From IMG/VR virus record IMGVR_UViG_3300029951_000031: a stretch of DNA of 61,251 nt; one strand, 5' to 3'. Origin of the DNA: a virus. This document shows, piece by piece, positions 1 through 7,501 of this stretch (position 1 is the first letter of the stretch; every line of letters begins with the position of its first letter). Both the position numbers and the translations under genes were made by a program. Below the pieces are notes generated by a model, which ran no database searches, had not been told where the DNA came from, and worked only from the letters and a program-made list of their open reading frames with translations.

Positions 1-127
1 CGGAGTCTGTCGTGGTCTGCCGCTGAAATCACCACCATTTCCTTGCGCTCGGCGCGCGGAGTGTTGTCTTGCGTGTAGCAAACATTCTCACCCGGCCCCT
101 CCAAGATTTCGGGCACCCACCCGGTGC
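1..127. repeat. Terminal direct repeat copy 1 (circular-closure overlap)
   Basis: nt 1..127 are identical by eye to 61125..61251, and an ORF reads through the junction. Confidence 0.95.
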
Positions 128-329
128 TGGTCGCCTGCTCGCTGCTCGCATCTACCGGCGCAGCGACGGGCACAGCCCCCTCGCTCTTGTGGGCGAGAGC
201 GGCTTGCCACCCTTCCCATGCAGATTGAACGCAAGGATTCGAGTAATCGCCGGTTTCGTCACGCGACAATTCCGATGCCGCTTCGATTTTTTCAAACGCC
301 TCGCGGCTATCGCTAAGTTCGTTGCTCAT
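1..329 (-). CDS. Hypothetical protein, N-terminal part of an ORF that wraps the junction (about 224 aa in total; continues at 60779..61251)
   Basis: ATG at 329 is in frame with the 60779..61240 ORF once the 61124-nt offset is applied. The tool start at 61240 is an internal GTG. Confidence 0.7.
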   Translation of the reverse strand, partial: MSNELSDSREAFEKIEAASELSRDETGDYSNPCVQSAWEGWQAALAHKSEGAVPVAAPVDASSEQATSTGWVPEILEGPGENVCYTQDNTPRAERKEMVVISAADHDRL

Positions 330-341
330 GATTGTTCCTTT

Positions 342-524
342 TTATGGACAGCACAGATGCGAGCCGCCGCACAGTTCTTCGGTGGCCCAGGCATCGCCGT
401 TTTCTAAAGCTTTCTTGGTGACCATTTCGTCTTTGCCACAGCCGATGCAATGCAAGTACAGAACGTCTTCTTCTGTGGTCTCTGTCGTTATCGGCTGGCG
501 CAACCAAGCATCAAAGTTCAGCAT
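342..524 (-). CDS. Hypothetical small Cys-containing protein (60 aa)
   Basis: ORF track. A GGAGG Shine-Dalgarno lies 6 nt upstream of the ATG, and the gene is tightly packed with its neighbours. Confidence 0.6.
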   Translation of the reverse strand: MLNFDAWLRQPITTETTEEDVLYLHCIGCGKDEMVTKKALENGDAWATEELCGGSHLCCP

Positions 525-525
525 C

Positions 526-1107
526 TCAATCCTCCAGTGCGCGTTTAATCTGCTTCGCGTCTAGACCGGCTTCTCGGCACCCGGCCTCAGTCGCGTGAAA
601 GAACGTCATGCTGCCGTCACGCTGGGCCGCCACAACCAGACCGAGGCGCTCCATCCGGCACATCGATTCGTATGCCTCGCCAACAATCCCTGACGCGTAG
701 TGGTTTCGATAACCCCAGTTCCGCATCGGTCTATCAGGACCAGCACCGAGCATGTGCCATAGCCTTCGCAGGTCCGATACGGTCAGAACTTCTTCGCTCA
801 TCCATCCCAACCCCTTCGCAGCCTTAATGGCAGCGTCGATCACGTCATGCAGTCTGTCGGGCTCGTTGCAGCACTGGGGCTCCATATCGAAACCATCTGC
901 CCTTGGGCACTCGCAGCAAATTTGCGTGTCCGGAATATTCTGGCGAACTCGCTCAAGCGCTGCTAGTAGTGCTGCATGCGAGGCGGCGAGGGCGGCAATA
1001 TCATGCTTCGCATCCTTAAAGGCAAAGCAGATCGCAGCGGTGGACATTTCGCTCATGACATCGGGTGAGCATTTTGCCCAACGCTCGATAGATCGAGTCA
1101 GTTTCAT
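526..1107 (-). CDS. Hypothetical protein (193 aa)
   Basis: ORF track. ATG at 1107 is preceded by AAGGGAGG and overlaps the upstream stop (TGATG). Confidence 0.7.
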   Translation of the reverse strand: MKLTRSIERWAKCSPDVMSEMSTAAICFAFKDAKHDIAALAASHAALLAALERVRQNIPDTQICCECPRADGFDMEPQCCNEPDRLHDVIDAAIKAAKGLGWMSEEVLTVSDLRRLWHMLGAGPDRPMRNWGYRNHYASGIVGEAYESMCRMERLGLVVAAQRDGSMTFFHATEAGCREAGLDAKQIKRALED

Positions 1108-1484
1108 CACGCACCTCCCTTAGCCGCCGACTGAGCGAGCAATCTTGCTCTCTTGATCAGGACCTCTCGCCGATATGCGCCGAACAACAGCCCCGGTCCT
1201 TCGTGCGCATATTCGCGAGCCGTTTCGATAACGTCGCTTCTCATGCTGTGGTGTTGCCAGCACATGCATGGCACATGCGCCTCTACAAAGTCGCGCAACG
1301 CCAAGCATCGCGAGCAAGTTCGATAGGTGCCCCACGCGCCATCAAAGAACGATCCAACGCGCTCGTATTGCTCGCCCGCCAGGATCGGCGTGCTGCACTC
1401 GCTGCACTTATGCTGCTTGCGCGCAATAATGCGTTTTGCAACATAAACGGCCGCATATTCGTCGTAATCACAAGAGCAACTCAC
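1107..1484 (-). CDS. Hypothetical Cys-rich protein (125 aa)
   Basis: ORF track. GTG start with a GTGA overlap on the upstream stop, and a GGGGAGAGG SD. Confidence 0.6.
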   Translation of the reverse strand: MSCSCDYDEYAAVYVAKRIIARKQHKCSECSTPILAGEQYERVGSFFDGAWGTYRTCSRCLALRDFVEAHVPCMCWQHHSMRSDVIETAREYAHEGPGLLFGAYRREVLIKRARLLAQSAAKGGA

Positions 1485-1687
1485 TTAACCTCTCCCCGTA
1501 CCAAATCTTCCATAGAATCCCCGCTCGCTACCGGATGCATTGCCTTCCTCGCTACAAATTCCTCGTGCGCGTCGCCAGCCTGTATCAAGTCCCATCGCGG
1601 ATGTTTAAGCGCTTGTTTGATTGCATAGATGACGACTGCGGCAGCTAGGAGGCAGAAAGTGAGGGCGATGTAGTGGGCGAGATCCAT
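1481..1687 (-). CDS. Small membrane protein (68 aa)
   Basis: N-terminal hydrophobic helix IALTFCLLAAAVVIYAI; coupled to the downstream gene. Confidence 0.6.
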   Translation of the reverse strand: MDLAHYIALTFCLLAAAVVIYAIKQALKHPRWDLIQAGDAHEEFVARKAMHPVASGDSMEDLVRGEVK

Positions 1688-1730
1688 TTTCTTCTCTCAA
1701 TAAGAGGCGCCACACTGCGCGCCGAAGGGG

Positions 1731-2516
1731 TTAGGCGTGTTCGGCTTCGAGGTGGGCGGTGTCTTGAAACGTCAGTCGCTTGTATGCGGCGCGAGCCATG
1801 CGCACGTCGTTTGCGCAGTACTCGGCCACTTCGGCGATACGGCCGGCAGCGACCATATCCCATACCTTGGAGCCGCCCACACCGTCAGTCTTGCCGGGAA
1901 TGCCCAGCGCGTCGCAGAGCCGGTCAAGCCCCACTGATCCCTTGAACCCGGCCCATCGCGTCATGGTGTCGAAAACGTAATCGTCCCAGGGGCGTGCGTG
2001 AAACGGGATGATTGACGGCGGTTTGATGCCCAGCACGACCGCACGCTGGAAGATGAAGCGCAGATCAAATTCGGTCACATAATGGCCGATAAACACCGGG
2101 CGACGGTCGGAACTTGGCGTGTACACATCCTTGATCGCGTCGAATGCGGATCGCAGCACCTTGGCTTCGTCATGCGCCCAGTCTTCGGAATAGAATGTGA
2201 CCGGCTCGGCGTCGTCCAGTGCAATGCCGATCACGGCGATTTGACCGGATCCGCCATCGAATGAGGTCTTGCGCCACTGTTCTTGCGCGGACTCCTCGAG
2301 CTTTTCATCGCGGAAGCGTTCCACCCACATTGCAATCGCGCTGTCTTTCGACGTGTACTTGATCTTGTCCGCGTCAGTCATGCCGAGGTCAGCGCAAGCC
2401 TTTTCCTTCGTCAGCGTGGACGGGGCCTTGAAGTTCTCGCGCAGATCGGCGCGAATGGCTTCGAGCACGGCGGGGTTGGTCGAGGGTATGGTCTCGATGT
2501 CCAGAGTCACATTCAT
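1731..2516 (-). CDS. 3'-5' exonuclease, PolB-exonuclease-like (DnaQ fold)
   Basis: 261 aa from the ATG at 2516 (AAGGAGG SD). N-terminal TLDIETIP (DxE exo I motif) and overall similarity to phage PolB_exo2-type exonucleases. Confidence 0.75.
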   Translation of the reverse strand: MNVTLDIETIPSTNPAVLEAIRADLRENFKAPSTLTKEKACADLGMTDADKIKYTSKDSAIAMWVERFRDEKLEESAQEQWRKTSFDGGSGQIAVIGIALDDAEPVTFYSEDWAHDEAKVLRSAFDAIKDVYTPSSDRRPVFIGHYVTEFDLRFIFQRAVVLGIKPPSIIPFHARPWDDYVFDTMTRWAGFKGSVGLDRLCDALGIPGKTDGVGGSKVWDMVAAGRIAEVAEYCANDVRMARAAYKRLTFQDTAHLEAEHA

Positions 2517-2526
2517 TATCGCCTCC

Positions 2527-3198
2527 TTAAATGATTGACCAGGCTGCGCGCGCGTAAGCCGGGGCGAATGGCACGTCATCATTGAAGCCTGCGTCTGCTG
2601 GCGGATCGCCGTAGTCGTAATCTTGATGGGATGCCGCAGCGGGACGTTTCTTCATCGGGCGGTCAGCGAGCTGCGCAACCCGCAATGCAAGCGCCTCAGG
2701 CTTCGTCTTGCCGTTCAGGATTTCGGCCGCCACCAGTTCCGTGCCAGCCTCAAACACGCCGACGAGTTTCGCGGTCCATGCCGTCTGACCTTGATTTTTG
2801 CGGCTTTCCTCTTCGGTCTTCTGAAGCAGGAAGCCGATTGGCTTGTTGGCCAGCTCAGGAAACACCTGGCCCTGCTCGGTGTATTCCTGCTTCGTATCCT
2901 TGTTCCAGCGCTTCACCGGCCCCGGAACAGGCTTGATGCCGCGCAGCTTCAGGCACGTCATGAGAGCCATCAGCAGGTCATAGCCAGACAGCTTTTCGCC
3001 GTCCTTCTTCATCGTATAGACGTACTGGCGAGTCTCCCGGCCATCGTTGGCTTGCAGGTTAAGGACAATGCCGCGCGTCCCCGTCTGTGCCTCGATATCC
3101 TCTGCATAGAGAATCTTGCCGATGTACTTGCCAGTTTCGTTGAGCCACTTGCCGGTGGAGTCGGCATTCATCGCGGCTTGCTTGTCGAGTTGATACAT
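2527..3198 (-). CDS. DUF669-like phage ssDNA-binding protein
   Basis: 223 aa. Sits between the AAA_24 ATPase and the exonuclease (a typical trio). Acidic DYDYGDPPADAGFNDDVPF SSB-tail-like motif near the C-terminus. Confidence 0.6.
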   Translation of the reverse strand: MYQLDKQAAMNADSTGKWLNETGKYIGKILYAEDIEAQTGTRGIVLNLQANDGRETRQYVYTMKKDGEKLSGYDLLMALMTCLKLRGIKPVPGPVKRWNKDTKQEYTEQGQVFPELANKPIGFLLQKTEEESRKNQGQTAWTAKLVGVFEAGTELVAAEILNGKTKPEALALRVAQLADRPMKKRPAAASHQDYDYGDPPADAGFNDDVPFAPAYARAAWSII

Positions 3199-3210
3199 GT
3201 CTGATTTCCT

Positions 3211-3873
3211 TTAGGCTGCTTGCTTGAGGTCGTAATAAGCCGTGATGGCTGCATCCACCATCGCGAGGTCATTCTCGATATGGTCGGATTCGAAAAGGCC
3301 CAGCGGACTCTTTACTGTGTCCTGGCCGTTGTTCCTGGTGCTGAACGTGTACTCGCCGTTCGTCACGCCAGTGCGTAGAACGATAGTGACAAGTCCCTCC
3401 ATGACGATCTTCTCGTCCAGAAGCTTGCCAATCGTCTTGATCTTGGTCTTTCCGAAGTCGTCGGTGCTGGTATGACTGAGGATGTACACGCGCTTGTGAT
3501 CCGGCAACGAGCTCGCCGCCATGAGGATGTCCCAGGCATGGCGGGCGATTTCGTTGTACTTGGCGAACGCACCATTACCCGTCTCAACGTCCGTCACACG
3601 CCGCATAAATTCGTTGGCGAGGCAGTATTGAAAATCATCAAGCACAATGATTTCCTTTTCGGTGCGCTGCATGGCGGCCACGATGTTTGCGCTGTTATCC
3701 GTCACGTAGACAGAACCACCCTTACCCTTGACGATTGGCTTCCATGCGCCAGATCGGAATGGCAGCGGCTTTTTCACCGCCTGAATCAAAAGGGTCTGGC
3801 TCGGGTCCAGATTGCGCAAGCTGGTCGTCTTGCCGGTCCCGCTCTCGCCGATGATTAAGGTTGCGATGCTCAT
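3211..3873 (-). CDS. AAA_24 / Sak4-like recombination ATPase
   Basis: 220 aa. Walker A GESGTGKT at residues 9-16, Walker B-like IIVLDD, and the expected gene context. Confidence 0.8.
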   Translation of the reverse strand: MSIATLIIGESGTGKTTSLRNLDPSQTLLIQAVKKPLPFRSGAWKPIVKGKGGSVYVTDNSANIVAAMQRTEKEIIVLDDFQYCLANEFMRRVTDVETGNGAFAKYNEIARHAWDILMAASSLPDHKRVYILSHTSTDDFGKTKIKTIGKLLDEKIVMEGLVTIVLRTGVTNGEYTFSTRNNGQDTVKSPLGLFESDHIENDLAMVDAAITAYYDLKQAA

Positions 3874-3961
3874 TTTCTGATTCCTTGTTTGATTGAAATT
3901 GCTCGTCTAGCTCTTCCTGTTGCCGCCAATCTGCTCCATTGCCCGTGTCCATAAGAACCTC

Positions 3962-4081
3962 CTACAGCGGTGCGCCGACCAACTCCTCTCCGACACTGAC
4001 AAGCTTCTCGAACAGAAAGCTTTGCAGCTCGCGGGTCAAGTCTTCCCAGCCATGGCGCAAGTGGATGTATTCCTCGATCAC
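3962..4081 (-). CDS. Possible small protein (39 aa, GTG start)
   Basis: Hand-translated VIEEYIHLRHGWEDLTRELQSFLFEKLVSVGEELVGAPL. A GGAG lies upstream, and the ORF fills the gap between the KTSC and ATPase genes. Confidence 0.35.
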   Translation of the reverse strand: MIEEYIHLRHGWEDLTRELQSFLFEKLVSVGEELVGAPL

Positions 4082-4095
4082 AATAAACTCCGGCC

Positions 4096-4368
4096 CTAAT
4101 CTTCTTTGCTTTCATCGATCTTCCTGAAAGGGTATTTTTCTTTGTTCGGTTTTATTGCGCGATAGAAATGCGATCCGATCGACTCGGCACTCTTGAACTG
4201 GCTGAGATCGTCGGTCGTGAAATTGCGGTAGTGATACAAGCCCGCTGGCGCACCGTCCTTGTTCTTGAAACGGATGGCTAGCGTCTGCGTTTCTGCATCG
4301 TGGCCGATGCTGTGGATTTGCGACGACTTGACGGCATCCATTGCGATTTGCGGCGTAGTGGTGCTCAT
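4096..4368 (-). CDS. KTSC domain protein
   Basis: 90 aa from the ATG at 4368 (ATGA overlap with the upstream stop). SSQIHSIGHDAETQTLAIRFKN...YHYRNF...ESIGSHFYRAIK matches the KTSC pattern. Confidence 0.7.
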   Translation of the reverse strand: MSTTTPQIAMDAVKSSQIHSIGHDAETQTLAIRFKNKDGAPAGLYHYRNFTTDDLSQFKSAESIGSHFYRAIKPNKEKYPFRKIDESKED

Positions 4369-4670
4369 GCTGCCACCCCGCTTGCGTCGAACGTCAGACA
4401 TTTCAATTTCGACAGCGCATCGTCGATCTTGGCGGCGGATGCCTCGAATTCCTTAACCAGTTTGTCGCGCTTGGCAAGCAAGCATTGCACTTGTCCTTCG
4501 ACAATATCGACATCGGGCGCATCGACTTCGATGGTGTGCTGGCACAGCGGCACATAGCCTTCCGAGACCCAAAACTTTGTTTCCGTGCCGCTCCAGAAAC
4601 TGATCTGCGGCTCGTCCGGGTTAAATATGTTCGGCTGTGCATACAGCCATCCGCGAATGACTATCTTCAT
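4365..4670 (-). CDS. Hypothetical protein (101 aa)
   Basis: ORF track; GGAGAAGGAA SD directly upstream of the ATG at 4670. Confidence 0.65.
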   Translation of the reverse strand: MKIVIRGWLYAQPNIFNPDEPQISFWSGTETKFWVSEGYVPLCQHTIEVDAPDVDIVEGQVQCLLAKRDKLVKEFEASAAKIDDALSKLKCLTFDASGVAA

Positions 4671-4680
4671 TTCCTTCTCC

Positions 4681-5047
4681 TATCGTTGTTTGGGTGATGC
4701 TTTCAGGGCTGCGTCCTGCGGCCTGTCATGTCCGCAGGATTTAAAGCGCTTCTCAGATCGGATCAGTTATCCAGCGACGCACCCCGGATTTTTCGCGCTG
4801 ACCCTAAGCTCCACGCTGCGCAGCCCTGAAAGTCCCGGAGGATCAGCGCTCCGGGCCGCTCTCAGTCCATGCTAAAGCGGCATGTCGCTTTCTTGCTTTT
4901 CGTGGCGCTGTAGATATCACTACAGCGCGCCTTTACAAGGCCATTCAGGCCGCCGATGCAGGCTCAGATATTCAAAAGTTTGGACGGTTGCATTCGCATG
5001 TCGATCCCCTAAGTTGTTAGTGAGATGTCCGGTCGACTCACATTCAC
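4681..5047. other. Roughly 370-430-nt ORF-free, hairpin-dense intergenic region (candidate ncRNA or cis element)
   Basis: No plausible ORF on either strand. A 14-bp perfect long-range stem pairs 4700..4713 with 4819..4832, and nested and flanking hairpins are present. Confidence 0.5.
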
Positions 5048-5109
5048 CTACTGAAAAATCCACCAAGCCAGCACTACAATCCAAAGCGCCGATAGAAGCA
5101 GAACGGCTT

Positions 5110-5265
5110 TCAATGCTGCACGTATTTCTTCAAAATTAGGATCAAGAAGCAGGCGACAATGCCCATGCCGATGGAGGTTTTCGGGTGCTTATCGCACCAA
5201 GCGTTGAAGCGGTAAATCAAGCTCGGGCGGATACGTTTCAGATCGACGTTAGGAGAGAGATTCAT
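5110..5265 (-). CDS. Small membrane protein (51 aa)
   Basis: Hand-translated MNLSPNVDLKRIRPSLIYRFNAWCDKHPKTSIGMGIVACFLILILKKYVQH. ATGA overlap with the upstream stop and a C-terminal TM helix. Confidence 0.5.
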   Translation of the reverse strand: MNLSPNVDLKRIRPSLIYRFNAWCDKHPKTSIGMGIVACFLILILKKYVQH

Positions 5266-5531
5266 GCGTTCACCTCATTGAATTGATTCGTCAATATTGA
5301 CGCGCGAGCAATTGCCTCAGTCAAAAATCCCGTATGCTCACGACCTTTGATCGCGACAATGGCCTTCCGGCAGGCGCTGATCAGATCAGCATTGCTCGTG
5401 CGCAGCCGCTCGATTTCATCTGCTGCTCGACGCGATTCAATCTCCCGCCGCTTTATTGCCGTCATGTGCTGCTCTAGTGGATGCAACGGGATTGGCTCAC
5501 GAAGCAAGGCGGCATCGAAAATATCGCTCAC
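5262..5531 (-). CDS. Hypothetical protein (89 aa)
   Basis: ORF track; overlapping stop/start junctions on both sides. Confidence 0.6.
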   Translation of the reverse strand: MSDIFDAALLREPIPLHPLEQHMTAIKRREIESRRAADEIERLRTSNADLISACRKAIVAIKGREHTGFLTEAIARASILTNQFNEVNA

Positions 5532-5830
5532 AATGACACCCCATGCGCAATCGCCCGGACCTGATCATCCCAAGGCACAATCTGATCGATCAGGCGATCA
5601 AATCTAGACGGCAGCGGCTCGCGCAAATGATGCGGCTCGACAGCAAACATGCGCCCATCGCATGATTCAATGCCGTAGCCGAGCCACGTAAATTCCTCGC
5701 CCGTACTTTGATGAATCTTTTTATGTACGCCATAGCCGATCACGATCTTGCATTGCGTGCCGTTATACGCCGCTTGCGCTGTTTTGCCGCGCTGCAAGAT
5801 GGCGATTGTTCCGACTGGAAATTTTTTCAT
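5528..5830 (-). CDS. Hypothetical protein (100 aa)
   Basis: ORF track; coupled junctions. Confidence 0.6.
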   Translation of the reverse strand: MKKFPVGTIAILQRGKTAQAAYNGTQCKIVIGYGVHKKIHQSTGEEFTWLGYGIESCDGRMFAVEPHHLREPLPSRFDRLIDQIVPWDDQVRAIAHGVSL

Positions 5831-6168
5831 GTCAACCTCGCATCCATAATTGCCGTTGCTTTCGCGTCAGCCATTTTTTGAAACGAAATCTTGAACATCT
5901 CACCAACCGGCATCACAAGCGTGCCGATGTCGTGACCGAAGCTCGTATAACCTGCATGAAACACGATGGCCTCGGTCAGGCCCCAGCACTCCATCGCGAT
6001 CTGCAAGTCCTGGACTGTAGGCGCTGACATCAGCCGAAAGAATTCAGCCCTGACAAGTCGGTCATGTTCTGTGTCATAAGCTTCAATCAACGCATTCGTG
6101 CGCTCGGCGGCAGCGAAAATTGCCTCGCTGGCGTAGTCAGCGGCTGATTCGGTTTGGGCGAGGTTCAT
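5827..6168 (-). CDS. Hypothetical protein (113 aa)
   Basis: ORF track; TAGGAGG SD upstream of the ATG at 6168. Confidence 0.65.
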   Translation of the reverse strand: MNLAQTESAADYASEAIFAAAERTNALIEAYDTEHDRLVRAEFFRLMSAPTVQDLQIAMECWGLTEAIVFHAGYTSFGHDIGTLVMPVGEMFKISFQKMADAKATAIMDARLT

Positions 6169-6177
6169 TTGATCCTC

Positions 6178-6261
6178 CTACGATAGTTCACCGCGATGGT
6201 CGGCGATGGAGAAGAGAAGGATTTCGCCGTCGGCAAGCGGAGGCGGTTGAATCTGTTGCAT
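6178..6261 (-). CDS. Possible mini-ORF (27 aa)
   Basis: Hand-translated MQQIQPPPLADGEILLFSIADHRGELS. AAGGAG SD, and its stop lies inside the SD of the next gene. Confidence 0.3.
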   Translation of the reverse strand: MQQIQPPPLADGEILLFSIADHRGELS

Positions 6262-6312
6262 GACTACTCCTTATGGTTGTTAAATCAGCACCAGACCAGA
6301 CGGTCGTTTTCT

Positions 6313-6978
6313 TTAAGTGCTGCGCTTGGTTTCGACAGGTTTAAGCAAATCGCTCTCAGCCCACCCACGACGCAACCGGCTTCGCACGGCCCCCACATGT
6401 ATTCCAGCCAAAGCGGCGGCGTCCGTCAGAACCATCACGCCCCATGGCGTATTTATGAAACGATTTCTGCGGTTGTTTCTTGCCTGCTGTGCCCTAGTAG
6501 CCCACCTGCAGTTCGCTTTGCAGTAACCAAGATCATTGTCGATTCGGTCTATTGAATAATCGCCGGAAGGCCTCGGCCCCATGTCTGCAATGAACTGCTC
6601 GAAACTAGCCCATTCGGCACATACATCTATTCCTCTGGCGCCATAATCCTTATAGGCCGGGTCACTTTGGTTTCGGCATCGAGCAAACATTGATGCCCAC
6701 ACCGAGTATTCTTTGACCTTTCTTCCACCGGCAGTGGCGCCGTGCGTTGTGTTCATGGCCGAGGCAGCTTCTCGCTGCAGACACCCGCACGACCTCGATC
6801 TCCCGCCGGTCAAAGTCGCTCCGCGCATCACCACCGACTTCCCGCATTCACATTCGCATAACCAACGCGCGTTCTGCTTTTCATCAATTCGATCAAACCC
6901 GACAACCAAGAGGCGGCCGAATTTTTGCCCCGCTAGATCCTTGACTCGCACTCTCATTTCGATCTCGATTAAGTTCAT
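6313..6978 (-). CDS. Nuclease-like DNA-binding protein with CxC/SCGC repeats and a degenerate HNH_3/AP2-like C-terminus (paralog of 54608..55639)
   Basis: 221 aa. Contains GQKFGRLLVVG...WLCECECG...SCGC and YSIDRIDNDLGYCKANCRWATRAQQARNNR; the same module is repeated in the 54608 gene. Confidence 0.6.
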   Translation of the reverse strand: MNLIEIEMRVRVKDLAGQKFGRLLVVGFDRIDEKQNARWLCECECGKSVVMRGATLTGGRSRSCGCLQREAASAMNTTHGATAGGRKVKEYSVWASMFARCRNQSDPAYKDYGARGIDVCAEWASFEQFIADMGPRPSGDYSIDRIDNDLGYCKANCRWATRAQQARNNRRNRFINTPWGVMVLTDAAALAGIHVGAVRSRLRRGWAESDLLKPVETKRST

Positions 6979-6999
6979 CCTTATGCAGCTACTGGAAAT

Positions 7000-7146
7000 T
7001 CAACACCACACGATTTGTTCGTACGAAACACTTCTTCGGTAAATCGAAGGCTGCTCATATCGCCCGAGCCGCTCGCTCCAAACTTGATGCGGCCATGTGA
7101 CGTATTCCATGTACGCATGCGATAGCAGAATCAGAATGGTGCGCAT
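7000..7146 (-). CDS. Possible small protein (48 aa)
   Basis: Hand-translated MRTILILLSHAYMEYVTWPHQVWSERLGRYEQPSIYRRSVSYEQIVWC; GGGAG SD. Confidence 0.3.
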   Translation of the reverse strand: MRTILILLSHAYMEYVTWPHQVWSERLGRYEQPSIYRRSVSYEQIVWC

Positions 7147-7147
7147 T

Positions 7148-7384
7148 TCAGGCTCCCGTTATTAGGATGACTAACCGCATCCCACTCAAATAGAATGGAA
7201 TCTGGTGAATCAGCGCAGCGTCCTGGCGACACCCGAATTGAATCGGCTCCGGGTCCGCTGCGCTCTTCGTTGGGCGGCGATGCATCTGCTCAGTAGCCAA
7301 AATTCGGCCTAGCGTGAGGTGCATCTCCCAACTAACGACCTGATAAGGCCGGCAGGGCGAGTCCCTCTCGGGAGGCCGCTGCAT
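7148..7384 (-). CDS. Doubtful ORF (78 aa)
   Basis: ORF track only. No SD, composition is ambiguous, and the region is also hairpin-rich. Confidence 0.2.
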   Translation of the reverse strand: MQRPPERDSPCRPYQVVSWEMHLTLGRILATEQMHRRPTKSAADPEPIQFGCRQDAALIHQIPFYLSGMRLVILITGA

Positions 7385-7501
7385 AATCGATTGTTAAAGA
7401 CCGTTCGCAATTCCGCCTCTGGCGGGTGCGGGTACTACTAAATCGCTTTAGTCAGCAACCTCGTTGAAGTCGCTGAGTACTGCGATTGCCTTGTCTACGT
7501 C

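Noticed and set aside
1-127. The terminal repeat as the LTR or inverted end of a transposable element
   Set aside because: The repeat is direct and lies inside a continuous ORF, and no transposase is present. It is best explained by circular closure of the assembly.
3722-3952. A 76-aa ORF (MDTGNG...) with a perfect AGGAGG SD
   Set aside because: It overlaps the Walker-A-bearing ATPase gene by about 150 nt in another frame. Its sequence after the first 25 residues is Arg/Asp/Gln-rich and looks non-coding. The SD may be fortuitous, or may serve only a very short upstream peptide.
3870-4115. An 81-aa ORF from the ORF track
   Set aside because: Its composition is Arg/Gly-rich and not protein-like. 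A better 39-aa GTG-initiated frame (3962..4081) with an SD fills the same gap.
4700-4832. A retron msr/msd-like ncRNA, suggested by the flanking 14-bp inverted repeat around a structured core
   Set aside because: There is no reverse transcriptase gene anywhere in the window, and the downstream genes are small hypotheticals. The inverted repeat alone is not diagnostic.
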